Numbered from the whole stretch's first letter, positions 8,260-18,118 are shown. The stretch is DNA of 27,619 nucleotides, filler included, from an uncultured virus (IMG/VR IMGVR_UViG_2049941000_000851) (9 parts of one record of this genome joined end to end with filler, not necessarily neighbours in it), one strand, 5' to 3'. Notes: generated by a model from the letters alone, not told the origin. A program made the numbers and translations.

Positions 8260-8715
8260 TTACGGCGTGAAGCTGGGCTCGTATACGGACGTAAGGAAGG
8301 TCGCCGCCTTCTCGGCGGTAAAACTGCCCTCGCCCTCGTCAGCCACCGCCTGGTAGCGCCCGTCATGCGTGCGCTTGATGGCGGTGAACTCGACCTCGGG
8401 CGTCTGGCGGTTTATGGTCTTGCCTTCCTTGGTGGCAAAGTTCTCGGTAACGGGCTTGGCCCGAACCTTATACAACCACACGTAGCGGAACTTGCCATCG
8501 CTCTTCTCGCTCTTGAAGCCTATGGCGAAGTAGGGAGGCTTGTCCTGGGCGGTGCGTATCAGCACGCCGTTGTCGTCGATCGCGTTGGCGAATATCTTTT
8601 CCTGTATAATCAGGGGAATGTCCGCCATCTTGAGTTTGAAGCTGATCTCGGGATCCGGATACAGGGTGTCAAACTCGATGTCATCAGCGAATTGGACCTC
8701 TGGGTCCGCGTTGTC
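8260..8715 (-). CDS. Major tail protein, intron-free allele (5'-truncated)
   Basis: DNADPEVQFADDIEFDTLYPDPEISFKLKMADIP...PPYFAIGFKSEKSDGKFRYVWLYKVRA...SVYEPSFTP*. Reads uninterrupted across the intron site (8680/8679). Confidence 0.92.
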   Translation of the reverse strand, partial: DNADPEVQFADDIEFDTLYPDPEISFKLKMADIPLIIQEKIFANAIDDNGVLIRTAQDKPPYFAIGFKSEKSDGKFRYVWLYKVRAKPVTENFATKEGKTINRQTPEVEFTAIKRTHDGRYQAVADEGEGSFTAEKAATFLTSVYEPSFTP

Positions 8716-8725
8716 NNNNNNNNNN

Positions 8726-9179
8726 GCTGTCCTGCGGTAGCGACCACTTCGGCTATATCGTCGGCGGGGGTCGCGACCTCGGTGCTCATCTGTTCTATCT
8801 TCTCATAAAACTCCTCCAGCTGCTCCTCCGTGGCGCTGACTGTACGTCGCACATTGGCGAAAGCCTTGTCGTAGCTTATGAGCGCTGTGACCGAAGCGGT
8901 CGCCAGTCCCATTATGGGAGTGGTTATATACCGCATGAGCGTCCTGCCGGTGCGCTGCATGTTCCGGCCTGCCGTTATACATTTCTGTGAGAACGCGGTC
9001 AGCGCAGTCCCCGCCTGCGTCCACATGGATGACATGAGCGCGATCTGTTTCTGCAGGCTCTTTATCTCGGCCTCGGTCTCCCGGAGCTTTGCCTTCGCGT
9101 TATTGAGTTCCGTCTGCGCCCTTACCACGGCGGTGCGGTTGTTCTCCAGCGCCTGGGTCTCCTCCTTGACCTGGCCTTC
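8726..9179 (-). CDS. Tape measure protein fragment
   Basis: AQTELNNAKAKL...GRTLMRYITTPIMGLATASV...YDKAFANVRRTVSATEEQ...IAEVVATAGQ, the entry into the TP901-type core. Confidence 0.88.
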
Positions 9180-9279
9180 NNNNNNNNNNNNNNNNNNNNN
9201 NNNNNNNNNNNNNNNNNNNNNNNTTAATTAATTAANNNNNNNNNNNNNNNNNNNNNNNNNNNNNNNNNNNNNNNNNNNN

Positions 9280-9402
9280 TTCCTCCTTGAACATGGCGGG
9301 CGTCACGTCATCGGCGAACCAGCTCTGTTCCGCTATCACGCCCTCGAGATACAGTGTGCGGGTCTCATCCTCGTTCTTGACCCAGTTCCAGAAATGGCGC
9401 AT
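9280..9402 (-). CDS. ClpP-type prohead protease class 1, N-terminus
   Basis: GGAGGAG RBS, then MRHFWNWVKNEDETRTLYLEGVIAEQSWFADDVTPAMFKE. Confidence 0.85.
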
Positions 9403-9417
9403 TATTTACTCCTCCGT

Positions 9418-9513
9418 TTATTGGTTAGTGGTATCATCCGCCTTCGCTTTCAGTGTGGCGGTAATGGGGATCATGTTCCCGTTGACGAGGTAGGCGTCTC
9501 CGCCCTGATCCGC
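9418..9513 (-). CDS. HK97-family portal protein, C-terminus (class 1)
   Basis: ADQGGDAYLVNGNMIPITATLKAKADDTTNQ*, directly upstream of the protease. Confidence 0.85.
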   Translation of the reverse strand, partial: ADQGGDAYLVNGNMIPITATLKAKADDTTNQ

Positions 9514-9523
9514 NNNNNNNNNN

Positions 9524-10242
9524 GCCGGGCTGCCAGATGTACTGGCCCTGCCCGTCCTTGAGCTTGCGCACCGCCTTGATAGTGGCGTCGTTCATTATGA
9601 ACGCGGCCTTCCTGCGGTAGCCGGCCTTGAGGCTGTGCTGCAGGTCTATAAGCTCGTCCGCGGTGATGGCAGTGGAACTCGCGGCGGTGACGCCCACCTG
9701 CGCGCCCAGGGTGTCGTGCAGCAGGCCTATGGGCTTGTGGGAGCCGTCGCCGGATATGATCGCCTCTTCCTCAGCCGCGCCCGCCCTGCGCTGGAACTCG
9801 TTTATGATGAATCCAGCTATATCGAAGGCGGAGTCCTGCAGCAGTTCCTGGCTGATGCGGATGGCCGTAGCCAGCTTGTGCGCGCCCAGGGAGATCTGCC
9901 CGAACGCCACGTCGCTCTCGGGTATCTGCTGCTCTTCCTCGATCCAGCTGGCGTTGCCGTAATTGGTCACCAGGGGGATCTTCCTGTCGCCGGACGCGGT
10001 GGTGATCACGTGCACCAGCCCGCGCATGATGTTCTCTTCCTGCAGCGCCTCCACCAGCTGGCGTTCGAACTCATTGGGCACGGTATAGCCGCCCTCGGAG
10101 AGCTCGCCCACCTGCAGGGCGTCGCGGATCTCATAGGAAGTGCGCCCGCGCAGCTGCGCCCAGAACGCCTTCTTATACGCGTCGCTGGCGATGCCCCGGC
10201 GGGTATCGCTGCGGTCGGGCCTGTGGGATTCGCCTGCAGCGA
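9524..10242 (-). CDS. HK97-fold major capsid protein, class A, internal fragment
   Basis: ALQVGELSEGGYTVPNEFERQL...AHKLATAIRISQELLQDSAFDI...GDGSHKPIGL...MNDATIKAVRKLKDGQGQYIWQP. Confidence 0.93.
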
Positions 10243-10252
10243 NNNNNNNNNN

Positions 10253-10480
10253 ATACAGGATGACTTTGTTTCCGGCCGCCACCAGGGGCATGTAGTTGGA
10301 CATGAGCACCTTCTGGTTGAAGAGCATGTCGGGCGCGCCCTCCTTGATGCCGGGCTGCCAGATGTACTGGCCCTGGCCGTCCTTGAGCTTGCGGATGGCG
10401 GATATGGTGGCGTCGTTCATGATCCAGCAAGCCTTCCTGCGGTAGCCGCTCTTCAGGCTGTGCTGCAGGTCGATCAGCTC
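10253..10480 (-). CDS. Major capsid protein, class B fragment
   Basis: ELIDLQHSLKSGYRRKACWIMNDATISAIRKLKDG...MPLVAAGNKVILY. Confidence 0.9.
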
Positions 10481-10668
10481 NNNNNNNNNNNNNNNNNNNN
10501 NNNNNNNNNNNNNNNNNNNNNNNNNNNNNNNNNNNNNNNNNNNNNNNNNNNNNNNNNNNNNNNNNNNNNNNNNNNNNNNNNNNNNNNNNNNNNNNNNNNN
10601 NNNNNNNNNNNNNNNNNNNNNNNNNNNNNNNNNNNNNNNNNNNNNNNTTAGATACCTCCGTGCTATCA

Positions 10669-11078
10669 TCAAGCCTTCATCTGCAGCACCTTGACGGCTT
10701 CGGGCAGTATGAGCCTGCCGTCCAGGCGCTCGGTGAGCTTGAAGCCCACCTGGTCAGTCATGGCATAGAGCTCATTCAGCCGCTGCAGGGTCCTGCCCGC
10801 GCGGTCCGCCAGCCAGTAGTAGCTGTAGTCGCCGTACAGGATGACTTTCTTGCCGGCTTCGGGCAGGGGCATGTAGTTGGACATAAGCACCTTCTGGTTG
10901 AAGAGCATGTCAGGCGCGCCTTCCTTGATGCCCGGCTGCCAGATGTACTGGCCCTGGCCGTCCTTGAGCTTGCGCACAGCCTTGATGGTGGCGTCGTTCA
11001 TGATAAAGGCGGCCTTCCTGCGGTAGCCGGCCTTGAGGCTGTGCTGCAGGTCTATGAGCTCGTCCGCGGTGATGGCGG
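10669..11078 (-). CDS. Major capsid protein, class A, C-terminus
   Basis: ...ILYGDYSYYWLADRAGRTLQRLNELYAMTDQVGFKLTERLDGRLILPEAVKVLQMKA*. Confidence 0.93.
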
Positions 11079-11088
11079 NNNNNNNNNN

Positions 11089-11163
11089 CGTGAGCTTGCC
11101 GCCTATGACGAGCTCATCGCCGCCGTGGGCAAAGTAGTTCTTTGTTACATGTGTGTTGGGCAT
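11089..11163 (-). CDS. Probable head fibre/decoration protein, N-terminus
   Basis: GGAG RBS, then MPNTHVTKNYFAHGGDELVIGGKLT. A GC-rich hairpin (11179-11207) lies upstream. Probably the same gene as 19951-20163. Confidence 0.55.
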
Positions 11164-11226
11164 ATACTTCTCCGTTCCGGCAGGCCGGCAGCTGTGTCCG
11201 GCCCGCCTGTGTCATGNNNNNNNNNN

Positions 11227-11368
11227 TGACGATGTGTACGATCACTATCCCGCCGACCGGCTGATGGTGGATATCCCGATCGCCCTGATGGCCGTACAGA
11301 CGGCAACGACAGAGGCACTGTCTGAATTCCCTATGAAGCCGACAGCGACGGAAACGAAGAGCGACTGA
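11227..11368 (+). CDS. Tail assembly chaperone, C-terminus (allele 2)
   Basis: DDVYDHYPADRLMVDIPIALMAVQTATTEALSEFPMKPTATETKSD*. Confidence 0.85.
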
Positions 11369-11556
11369 CGCTGCCGGATTACATCTATGCTACTTATAAC
11401 GCCCTGCTGGAAAACGGCTGGCGTATGAAAGACATAGACGAAATGGACATGCCGGGCTATATACACCTGCGAGCGTGGAAAGCCCGGAAAGAGAAAAGAA
11501 AACAGGAACCCAGGCCGAACGCCATCGATCAGGTGTGGCCGGGTTTGAAACCGTGA
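11326..11556 (+). CDS. -1 frame extension of the tail assembly chaperone (allele 2)
   Basis: PYEADSDGNEERLTLPDYIYATYNALLENGWRMKDIDEMDMPGYIHLRAW...AIDQVWPGLKP*. This frame is closed upstream by TGA at 11323-11325. Confidence 0.8.
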   Translation: MPYEADSDGNEERLTLPDYIYATYNALLENGWRMKDIDEMDMPGYIHLRAWKARKEKRKQEPRPNAIDQVWPGLKP

Positions 11557-11564
11557 TGCAAGGG

Positions 11565-11594
11565 AAACGGTGCCAGGATGATCTGGCGCCGTTT
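11565..11594 (+). terminator. Terminator-like hairpin after the chaperone extension
   Basis: AAACGGTGCCAG-GATGAT-CTGGCGCCGTTT, a 12-bp stem with one G-U pair and a short U tail. Confidence 0.5.
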
Positions 11595-11674
11595 AGAACA
11601 TAAGTAAAAGGATGATCCTACGTTTACCCGTACACCCAGCTAACAAGACGCCAGGAGGTCATCCTTATTACAGT

Positions 11675-11706
11675 ATTATAATACCACATACCAGTTAATA
11701 AAACAA
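11675..11706 (-). promoter_or_regulatory. Candidate sigma-A promoter antisense to the late operon
   Basis: Minus strand: TTGTTT (11706-11701), 17 nt, then TATTAT (11683-11678) with an extended TGn motif and an overlapping TATAAT (11680-11675), in an AT-rich island. Confidence 0.45.
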
Positions 11707-11734
11707 CTAAAAGTTTGTAGTTTGAGGTAATTCC

Positions 11735-12760
11735 ATGAGCGATGTAGTACGCGACCTTGTAGTGTCGCTGAGCCTTGACGCGGGCGAGTTCAGCCGGAAT
11801 ATGCGCGCGATCAACGCGTCCATCAAGGAAGCGGAAAGCTCTTTCCGTCTTGCGGGCGCGGGCGTGGATAAATTCGGATCGAGCCTGGGCGGGCAGCTGG
11901 CGAAGGCGCAAATGCTGGAACAGACCTATATGCTCCAGAGCGCGGCGGTCAGGCAGTACTCTGCTCACCTTTCAGAATNNNNNNNNNNCTATGCTTCCGT
12001 AGACGCCGCGTATCAGCAGAATATCACTTCCATCAATTCCCTTCAGCAGTCCATGGTCTCCCTCGAGCAGGAGATCGCCGCGACTGAGATGATGTACGAG
12101 CACAGCTTCGCTACCCTCGGCGCGGCAGATGACCAGACGGAAGCGCACAGGACGAAGCTGGCTTCCCTGAACGCGGAATACGAAAAGCAGCGCGCAAGTC
12201 TCGCTTCCCTGCAGTCAATGACGAAATCGCTGGCAACAGCTCGCGCGTCGGCTGCCAGTCAGGCGCAAAGAGCCGCGCAGGCGGAGCAGAACCTGATCCA
12301 GCAGAAAGCGGCGCTCGAGGAGGAGATCAAAAAGTTGGAGGGCCAGGTCAAGGAAGAGACCCAGGCGCTGGAAAACAACCGCACCGCCGTGGTGCGCGCG
12401 CAGACGGAGCTCAACAACGCTAAGGCTCGCTTGCGGGAGACTCAGGCCGAACTCAAGGCCACGCAGAAGCAGATCGCCCTCATGTCCTCCATGTGGACAC
12501 AGGCCGGCGCTGCGCTGACGGCGTTTTCCCAGAAGTGTGTTACCCTCGGACGTACCATGCAGCGTACCGGACGTATGATGCTGCGGTACCTGACTACACC
12601 TATTCTGGGTCTTGCCACAGCATCCGTAAAGGCACTCATCTCCTACGATAAAGCCTTCGCGAATGTGCGACGAACGGTCAGCGCGACGGAAGAACAGTTC
12701 ACTGAATTCTATGAGCAGATCGAGCAGATGAGCACGGTCGTGGCTACGTCCGCGGATGAG
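11735..12760 (+). CDS. Tape measure protein, N-terminal part (allele class 2; gap at 11979-11988)
   Basis: GAGGT RBS, then MSDVVRDLVVSLSLDAGEFSRNM...YDKAFANVRRTVSATEEQF. Confidence 0.88.
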
Positions 12761-12770
12761 NNNNNNNNNN

Positions 12771-13005
12771 ACCGGTGCCGTGGGAGGCTACAATGGGGAT
12801 CTTGTGCTCGCCCGAGCCCGTTCGTATGACGTGCACCAGGCCGCGCATGATGTTCTCGTCCTCCAGGCCTTCGATCAGCTGGCGTTCGAACTCGTTTGGC
12901 ACGGTATAGCCGCCCTCAGAGAGCTCGCCTACCTGCAGGGCGTCGTATATCTCCCGGGACGCGCGTCCGCGCATCTGGTTCCAGAAGGCCTTCTTATACT
13001 CGTCG
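12771..13005 (-). CDS. Major capsid protein, N-terminal fragment differing from class A (probably class B)
   Basis: DEYKKAFWNQMRGRASREIYDALQVGELSEGGYTVPNEFERQLIEGLEDENIMRGL...KIPIVASHGTG. Confidence 0.88.
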
Positions 13006-13015
13006 NNNNNNNNNN

Positions 13016-13401
13016 AAACATCATGGATTTCACCCGGGCTATGATCGACCTGAGCGTGGCGTCCACAGACCTTGAGGCAAACGAGGCTGCTACGCAGCTG
13101 GCGAAGTTCGCCAACATCACCGGCATGAGCCATGATCAATTCACGAATCTGTCATCCGCTATCGTCGCCCTGGGCGTAAACTACGCAACGACTGAGAGCG
13201 AGATCGTGGAGATGAGTAAACGCCTGGCCGCTGCCGGTAAACAGGTAGGCCTGTCCGAAGCACAGATCGTGGGCTTTGCCGCGGCACTGTCTTCCGTCGG
13301 CCTCGAGGCCCAAATGGGCGGCTCGACTTTTTCCAAGGCTCTCGTCAAAATGGAGGTGGCTGCCGCTACGGGCGGGGAAGCGCTCACCGACTTTGCCGGG
13401 G
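13016..13401 (+). CDS. Tape measure protein, TP901-type core fragment
   Basis: FTRAMIDLSVASTDL...AATQLAKFANITGM...ALGVNYATTESEIVEMSKRLAAAGKQVGLSEAQIVGFAAALSSVG. Confidence 0.9.
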
Positions 13402-13428
13402 NNNNNNNNNNATATCATTCTCCTAATC

Positions 13429-13887
13429 TTATTTCAAAAGCAGCAGCCTTTTCTCAAGGTCCGCTGCTTTCACCCGGTTATCAGGCTGGGGTTCGGGTTC
13501 GGGGTTCGGAGCCGGCTCGGTCTCCGTTGCCGGTTCAGGCTCAGGCCTGGGCAGCGCAGCGATGACGCGGTTCATGAGGCAAGTGGCCGCCGTCTTCCGG
13601 CCATAAGAAAAAGCCGACACGTCGTCGGGCAGTTCGTTTTCGCCGGTGAACAAGATCTCGTCGCAGAAGCCAAGCTCCAGCGCCTTCTTCGCGTTCATCC
13701 ACGTCTCGCTGTCCATGAGATGCGAGAGTTTCGTACGGCTCAGGCCGGTCTTGATCTGGTAAGCGTTGATGATGGATTCCTTGACCTCGTCCAGCAGCTG
13801 TATAGCTTTTCGCATCTCGTCGCTGTCGCCCATGGCGGCTGTGAATGGATTATGCACCATGATCATACTGGTCGGGCTCATGGTTAC
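13429..13887 (-). CDS. ClpP-type prohead protease, C-terminal part (probably class 1)
   Basis: MSPTSMIMVHNP...LMDSETWMNAKKALELGFCDEIL, a PE-rich linker, then RVKAADLEKRLLLLK*. An AGGAG RBS for the next gene follows. Confidence 0.9.
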   Translation of the reverse strand, partial: VTMSPTSMIMVHNPFTAAMGDSDEMRKAIQLLDEVKESIINAYQIKTGLSRTKLSHLMDSETWMNAKKALELGFCDEILFTGENELPDDVSAFSYGRKTAATCLMNRVIAALPRPEPEPATETEPAPNPEPEPQPDNRVKAADLEKRLLLLK

Positions 13888-13897
13888 NNNNNNNNNN

Positions 13898-14740
13898 TGT
13901 GGCGCTGACTGTACGGCGCACGTTTGCGAAGGCCTTGTCATAGCTTATGAGCGCGGTAACGGAAGCCGTAGCCAGTCCCATAATGGGCGTAGTAATATAC
14001 CGCATGAGCGTCCTGCCCGTGCGCTGCATGNNNNNNNNNNNNNNNNNNNNNNNNNNNNNNNNNNNNNNNNNNNNNNNNNNNNNNNNNNNTGCCGATATAC
14101 ACTTCTGTGAGAACGCCGTGAGCGCCGCGCCCGCCTGCGTCCACATGGAGGACATGAGCGCGATCTGTTTCTGCAGACTCTTTATTTCGGCCTCGGTCTC
14201 CCGGAGCCTGGCCTTTGCGTTATTGAGCTCCGTCTGCGCCCTTACCACCGCGGTGCGGTTGTTTTCCAGCGCCTGGGTCTCTTCCTTGACCTGGCCTTCC
14301 AGCTTCTTTATCTCGGCCTCGAGCGCCGCTTTCTGCTGCGTGAGCTGCTTTGAGCGCTCGGTCTCCTGCTTGAGCGCCTCGGACGCGATACTGCGCGCGT
14401 AGGTTAGCGCCCTGGTATTCGCCTGCAGCGAAGCCAGGGTATTCTTCTCCCTGTTCAGCGAGGCGTTCAGGGCGTCGAGCCGGACACGGTAGTGTTCGGT
14501 CTCGTCGTCGGCCGCGCCCAGGGTATTCAGGTTATGCTCATACTGCATCTCACAGGCGGCGATCTCCTGCTCCAGGCGCGTTATGCCCTGCGTCACAGAG
14601 TTTATTGAGGACAGGTGCGACTGCAGCGCCACGTCCTCCCGTGAGAACACCGCCTGCGCGCTGGCTACCCTGGCGTTCTGGCTTTCTATGGCGGCGTTCA
14701 TGGAAGTGAGCCTGCCGCGCGCCTCGTCCAGACGCGCGCT
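13898..14740 (-). CDS. Tape measure protein fragments (gap at 14031-14089)
   Basis: SARLDEARGRLTSM...AQTELNNAKARL...MQRTGRTLMRYITTP; class 1 allele. Confidence 0.85.
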
Positions 14741-14750
14741 NNNNNNNNNN

Positions 14751-15004
14751 GCCATGCCGTCTATCTGAACGGTCACGTCAAACGGATACTCCATAAGCAT
14801 GGTGTATATCTGCGACGCCGCTATGCAGTCGCCGCCGGGGCTGTTCACATGGAGCGTTATGGGGCCGCTGCCCGAAAACAGCTCCTCCTTGAACATGGCG
14901 GGCGTGACGTCGTCATCGAACCAGCTCTGCTCGGCTATCACGCCCTCGAGATACAGTGTGCGGGTCTCATCGTCGTTCTTGACCCAGTTCCAGAAATGGC
15001 GCAT
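14751..15004 (-). CDS. ClpP-type prohead protease class 1, N-terminus (second allele)
   Basis: MRHFWNWVKNDDETRTLYLEGVIAE...ITLHVNSPGGDCIAASQIYTML...VQIDGM. Confidence 0.92.
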
Positions 15005-15021
15005 ATAATATGCCTCCTTCT

Positions 15022-15516
15022 TTATAAATGGTTTGGTAAGACTGTGTCTGATCCGGTCGCCTCGTGCTCGGTTTCTTTCCCGGACTCAACATAATTCTTG
15101 AGCGCGAAAGTGATGGGGATCATGTTCCCGTTGACGAGGTAGGCGTCTCCGCCCTGATCCGCGGGGATGGGATTCTGGTTTTCCAGAGCGCGGATGTCGT
15201 TGGCGCTCATCCATCCGTTCTGGCGCGCTATTGCGTAGCCCTCCATACGGCTCTTGTAGTCGCCGCGCATAAGCCCGTCCATATTGAACTGCACATAAAA
15301 ACGGCCCTTCTCCTGTTCGGAAAAGAGCGCGCGGTTCATGGACTGTTCTATCCGCACCAGCCACGGCCGTATGGTATGCACGGCAAAGTCGATCGACTGG
15401 TGCTCGATGTTCGAGAACGTGGCGTGCTCAAGATTTCCCACCAGATGCGGCGGCACTCGGAATATCCGGCAGATCTCGTCTACCTGGAACTTCCTTGTCT
15501 CCAGGAACTGCGCCTC
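15022..15516 (-). CDS. HK97-family portal protein class 1, C-terminal part
   Basis: EAQFLETRKFQVDEICRIFRVPPHLVG...TFSNIEHQ...GLMRGDYKSRMEGY...GWMSANDIRALEN. Confidence 0.95.
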   Translation of the reverse strand, partial: EAQFLETRKFQVDEICRIFRVPPHLVGNLEHATFSNIEHQSIDFAVHTIRPWLVRIEQSMNRALFSEQEKGRFYVQFNMDGLMRGDYKSRMEGYAIARQNGWMSANDIRALENQNPIPADQGGDAYLVNGNMIPITFALKNYVESGKETEHEATGSDTVLPNHL

Positions 15517-15526
15517 NNNNNNNNNN

Positions 15527-15781
15527 AAGCCATGGGCGGATGGTATGTACGGCGAAGTCGATGCTCTGGTGCTCGATGTTCGAGAACGTGGCGTGCTTGA
15601 GATTGCCCACCAGGTGCGGCGGCACACGGAATATGCGGCAGATCTCGTCTACCTGGAACTTCCTTGTCTCCAGGAACTGCGCCTCGTTGTTGGGTATGCT
15701 TATGGGCGTGAAGGTCATGCCCTCCTCTAAGATAGCCACGCGGTTGGCGTTGGACGAGCCGCCGTAAGCGGTGTTCCAGCT
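15527..15781 (-). CDS. Portal protein class 1, internal fragment (another allele)
   Basis: WNTAYGGSSNANRVAILEEGMTFTPISIPNNEAQFLETRKFQ. Confidence 0.92.
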
Positions 15782-15791
15782 NNNNNNNNNN

Positions 15792-16477
15792 TCCGGCGTT
15801 TCCTTCTCCGCCTGGGGCGGGGCGTCCGCTTCCTTAAGCACTGCGGAGCCTGTGTGCGCTCGCTCCGTTACGGCCGAGGCGCTGACCTTGTGCCGTTCCA
15901 GCCACGCCGCCACTTTCTTTTCGGCGTCCGCCTGGGATACTACGCAGTCTGTGGGTCCTGCCTGCCTGACACTCAGTATGCCGTCTATGAACCCGTCCTC
16001 CAGCGCTTTCTGCGCGTCCATCCAGGTGGTCCGCGTCATCAGCGCGGCGGCCTGTTCGCGGGTGATCTTGATCCGGCGCTCGTACACGTTGAGTATGGAA
16101 TCCTTGCACGCCTCCAGCAGCCGTATGGCGTCCTTCAGGTCACGCTCGTTGCCCATCACGATAATGGACGGGTCGTGGATCATCCACAGGCTGCCCGGCG
16201 TCATCTCCAGGCGGTCGGCCGCCATGCACAGCACCGTTGCCGCGGAAGCGGCGGTGCCGGAGACCGTGATCGTCACCTTGCCCGGATATGAAACCAGGTC
16301 GTCATGCATCCTTACGGCCGCGTTGCATGAACCGCCGTAGGAGTTCAGCCGGATATGCACGTCGTCGGTGTGGTCTTTACCCTCCGCGTAAAGCAGGTCG
16401 TGCAGCGCGTCAGGCGTGATCTCGTCGCCGAACCACACTTCGTCGTCTATGTATCCGTTTAAAGTCATCTCCCTCAA
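15792..16477 (-). CDS. ClpP-type prohead protease class 2 (3'-truncated)
   Basis: The TTG start overlaps the portal stop. LNGYIDDEVWFGDEITP...LNSYGGS...SGTAASAAT...WMIHDP...TTWMDAQKALEDGFIDGI, with Ser, His and Asp motifs present. Confidence 0.92.
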
Positions 16478-16613
16478 TCGTTCTCACCTCTGTTCCGGTT
16501 TTGGAGTATGAATGAAATGGGAAGCATGTTCCCGTTAACAAGATAGGCGTCCCCGCCTTCAGACGCCGGGATCGGGTTCTGGTTCTCCAGCCGCCTTATA
16601 TCATTGGCGGAGA
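16474..16613 (-). CDS. Portal protein, C-terminus linked to protease class 2
   Basis: SANDIRRLENQNPIPASEGGDAYLVNGNMLPISFILQNRNRGEND*. Confidence 0.88.
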
Positions 16614-16713
16614 NNNNNNNNNNNNNNNNNNNNNNNNNNNNNNNNNNNNNNNNNNNNTTAATTAATTAANNNNNNNNNNNNNNNNNNNNNNNNNNNNNNN
16701 NNNNNNNNNNNNN

Positions 16714-16762
16714 CGTATACCGGTATCCCGATACCGGCCAATGCTTCCTGTACCTGTCTCAT
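16714..16762 (-). CDS. Tail completion-like protein, N-terminus
   Basis: ATGA overlap with the head closure stop; MRQVQEALAGIGIPVY. Confidence 0.55.
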
Positions 16763-17167
16763 CCGCTCACTCCCTTCGCCACGGACGCTTTAAGTCCCAG
16801 GTATGTACGCTTGAAGCTGTACTCGCCGAGAGTTGAGATATGCCACTTGTCTCCCTGAAAGCGCACCCACATCCCGGGCTTGATATCCGCCCTGTAGCGT
16901 ATGGTGAAGTTGATGACGGCTTCGGTGTTCATCACGTCCGCCGCCCTGTAGTGCTGGTTGCCCGCGTCCACGACCGCNNNNNNNNNNAGTGTTCATGACG
17001 TCCGCCGCCCTGTAGTGCTGGTTGCCCGCGTCCACGACCGCCGCCCAGACCCGGCACACGACCACGTCGCGGGGTTCGGGATACCCGTTCTCGTTTATGG
17101 CGTTCTCGGTATACCCGATCTCTATCCTGTGCCTGAGCGCCCCGGGGTGGGGATCGCTCTCGAAGTT
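16759..17167 (-). CDS. Head closure / head-tail adaptor (SPP1 gp16-like), two overlapping allele fragments
   Basis: PGALRHRIEIG...NENGYPEP...VCRVWAAV and INFTIRYRADIKPGMWVRFQG...YLGLKA. Confidence 0.88.
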
Positions 17168-17656
17168 NNNNNNNNNNNNNNNNNNNNNNNNNNNNNNNNN
17201 NNNNNNNNNNNNNNNNNNNNNNNNNNNNNNNNNNNNNNNNNNNNNNNNNNNNNNNNNNNNNNNNNNNNNNNNNNNNNNNNNNNNNNNNNNNNNNNNNNNN
17301 NNNNNNNNNNNNNNNNNNNNNNNNNNNNNNNNNNNNNNNNNNNNNNNNNNNNNNNNNNNNNNNNNNNNNNNNNNNNNNNNNNNNNNNNNNNNNNNNNNNN
17401 NNNNNNNNNNNNNNNNNNNNNNNNNNNNNNNNNNNNNNNNNNNNNNNNNNNNNNNNNNNNNNNNNNNNNNNNNNNNNNNNNNNNNNNNNNNNNNNNNNNN
17501 NNNNNNNNNNNNNNNNNNNNNNNNNNNNNNNNNNNNNNNNNNNNNNNNNNNNNNNNNNNNNNNNNNNNNNNNNNNNNNNNNNNNNNNNNNNNNNNNNNNN
17601 NNNNNNNNNNNNNNNNNNNNNNNNNNNNNNNNNNNNNNNNNNNNNNNNNNNNNNNN

Positions 17657-17914
17657 GTTCACCGACTGTTCTATGCGCACCAGCCAGGGGCGTATGCAGT
17701 GCACCGCGAAGTCTATGGACTGATGCTCGATGTTCGAGAACGTCGCGTGCTCCAGGTCGCCTATCATGTGCGGGGGCACCCGGTATATCCGGCAGATCTC
17801 CTCCACCTGGAACTTTCGGGTCTCCAGGAACTGCGCTTCGTTATTGGGCATGCTGATGGGCGTGAAAGTCATGTTTTCCTCCAACACGGCCACACGCCCT
17901 GAATTGCCAGAGCC
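17657..17914 (-). CDS. Portal protein, divergent internal fragment (probably class 2)
   Basis: GSGNSGRVAVLEENMTFTPISMPNNEAQFLETRKFQVEEICRIYRVPPHMIGDLEH...HCIRPWL. Confidence 0.9.
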
Positions 17915-18015
17915 CNNNNNNNNNNNNNNNNNNNNNNNNNNNNNNNNNNNNNNNNNNNNTTAATTAATTAANNNNNNNNNNNNNNNNNNNNNNNNNNNNN
18001 NNNNNNNNNNNNNNN

Positions 18016-18107
18016 GACGCCATATGATCCCTGCAGAATACCTGGCCCTGCACGCAGAAACCCGGACACCCGGGATAGCGGCAAGGCCTTTGCGGTTTAT
18101 TGGGCAT
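18016..18107 (-). CDS. HNH endonuclease, N-terminus (second allele)
   Basis: MPNKPQRPCRYPGCPGFCVQGQVFCRDHMA, starting 11 nt after the TerL stop. Confidence 0.85.
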
Positions 18108-18118
18108 AGATTCCCCCT

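Noticed and set aside
4423..13401. Frequent strand switching as invertible segments or a shufflon
   Set aside because: Every switch coincides with an N gap. No recombinase or inverted recombination sites are seen within contigs.
13470..13560. Short GGTTC(G/A) repeats as a regulatory or DNA repeat
   Set aside because: They encode the Pro-Glu linker (PEPEP) of the prohead protease on the minus strand.
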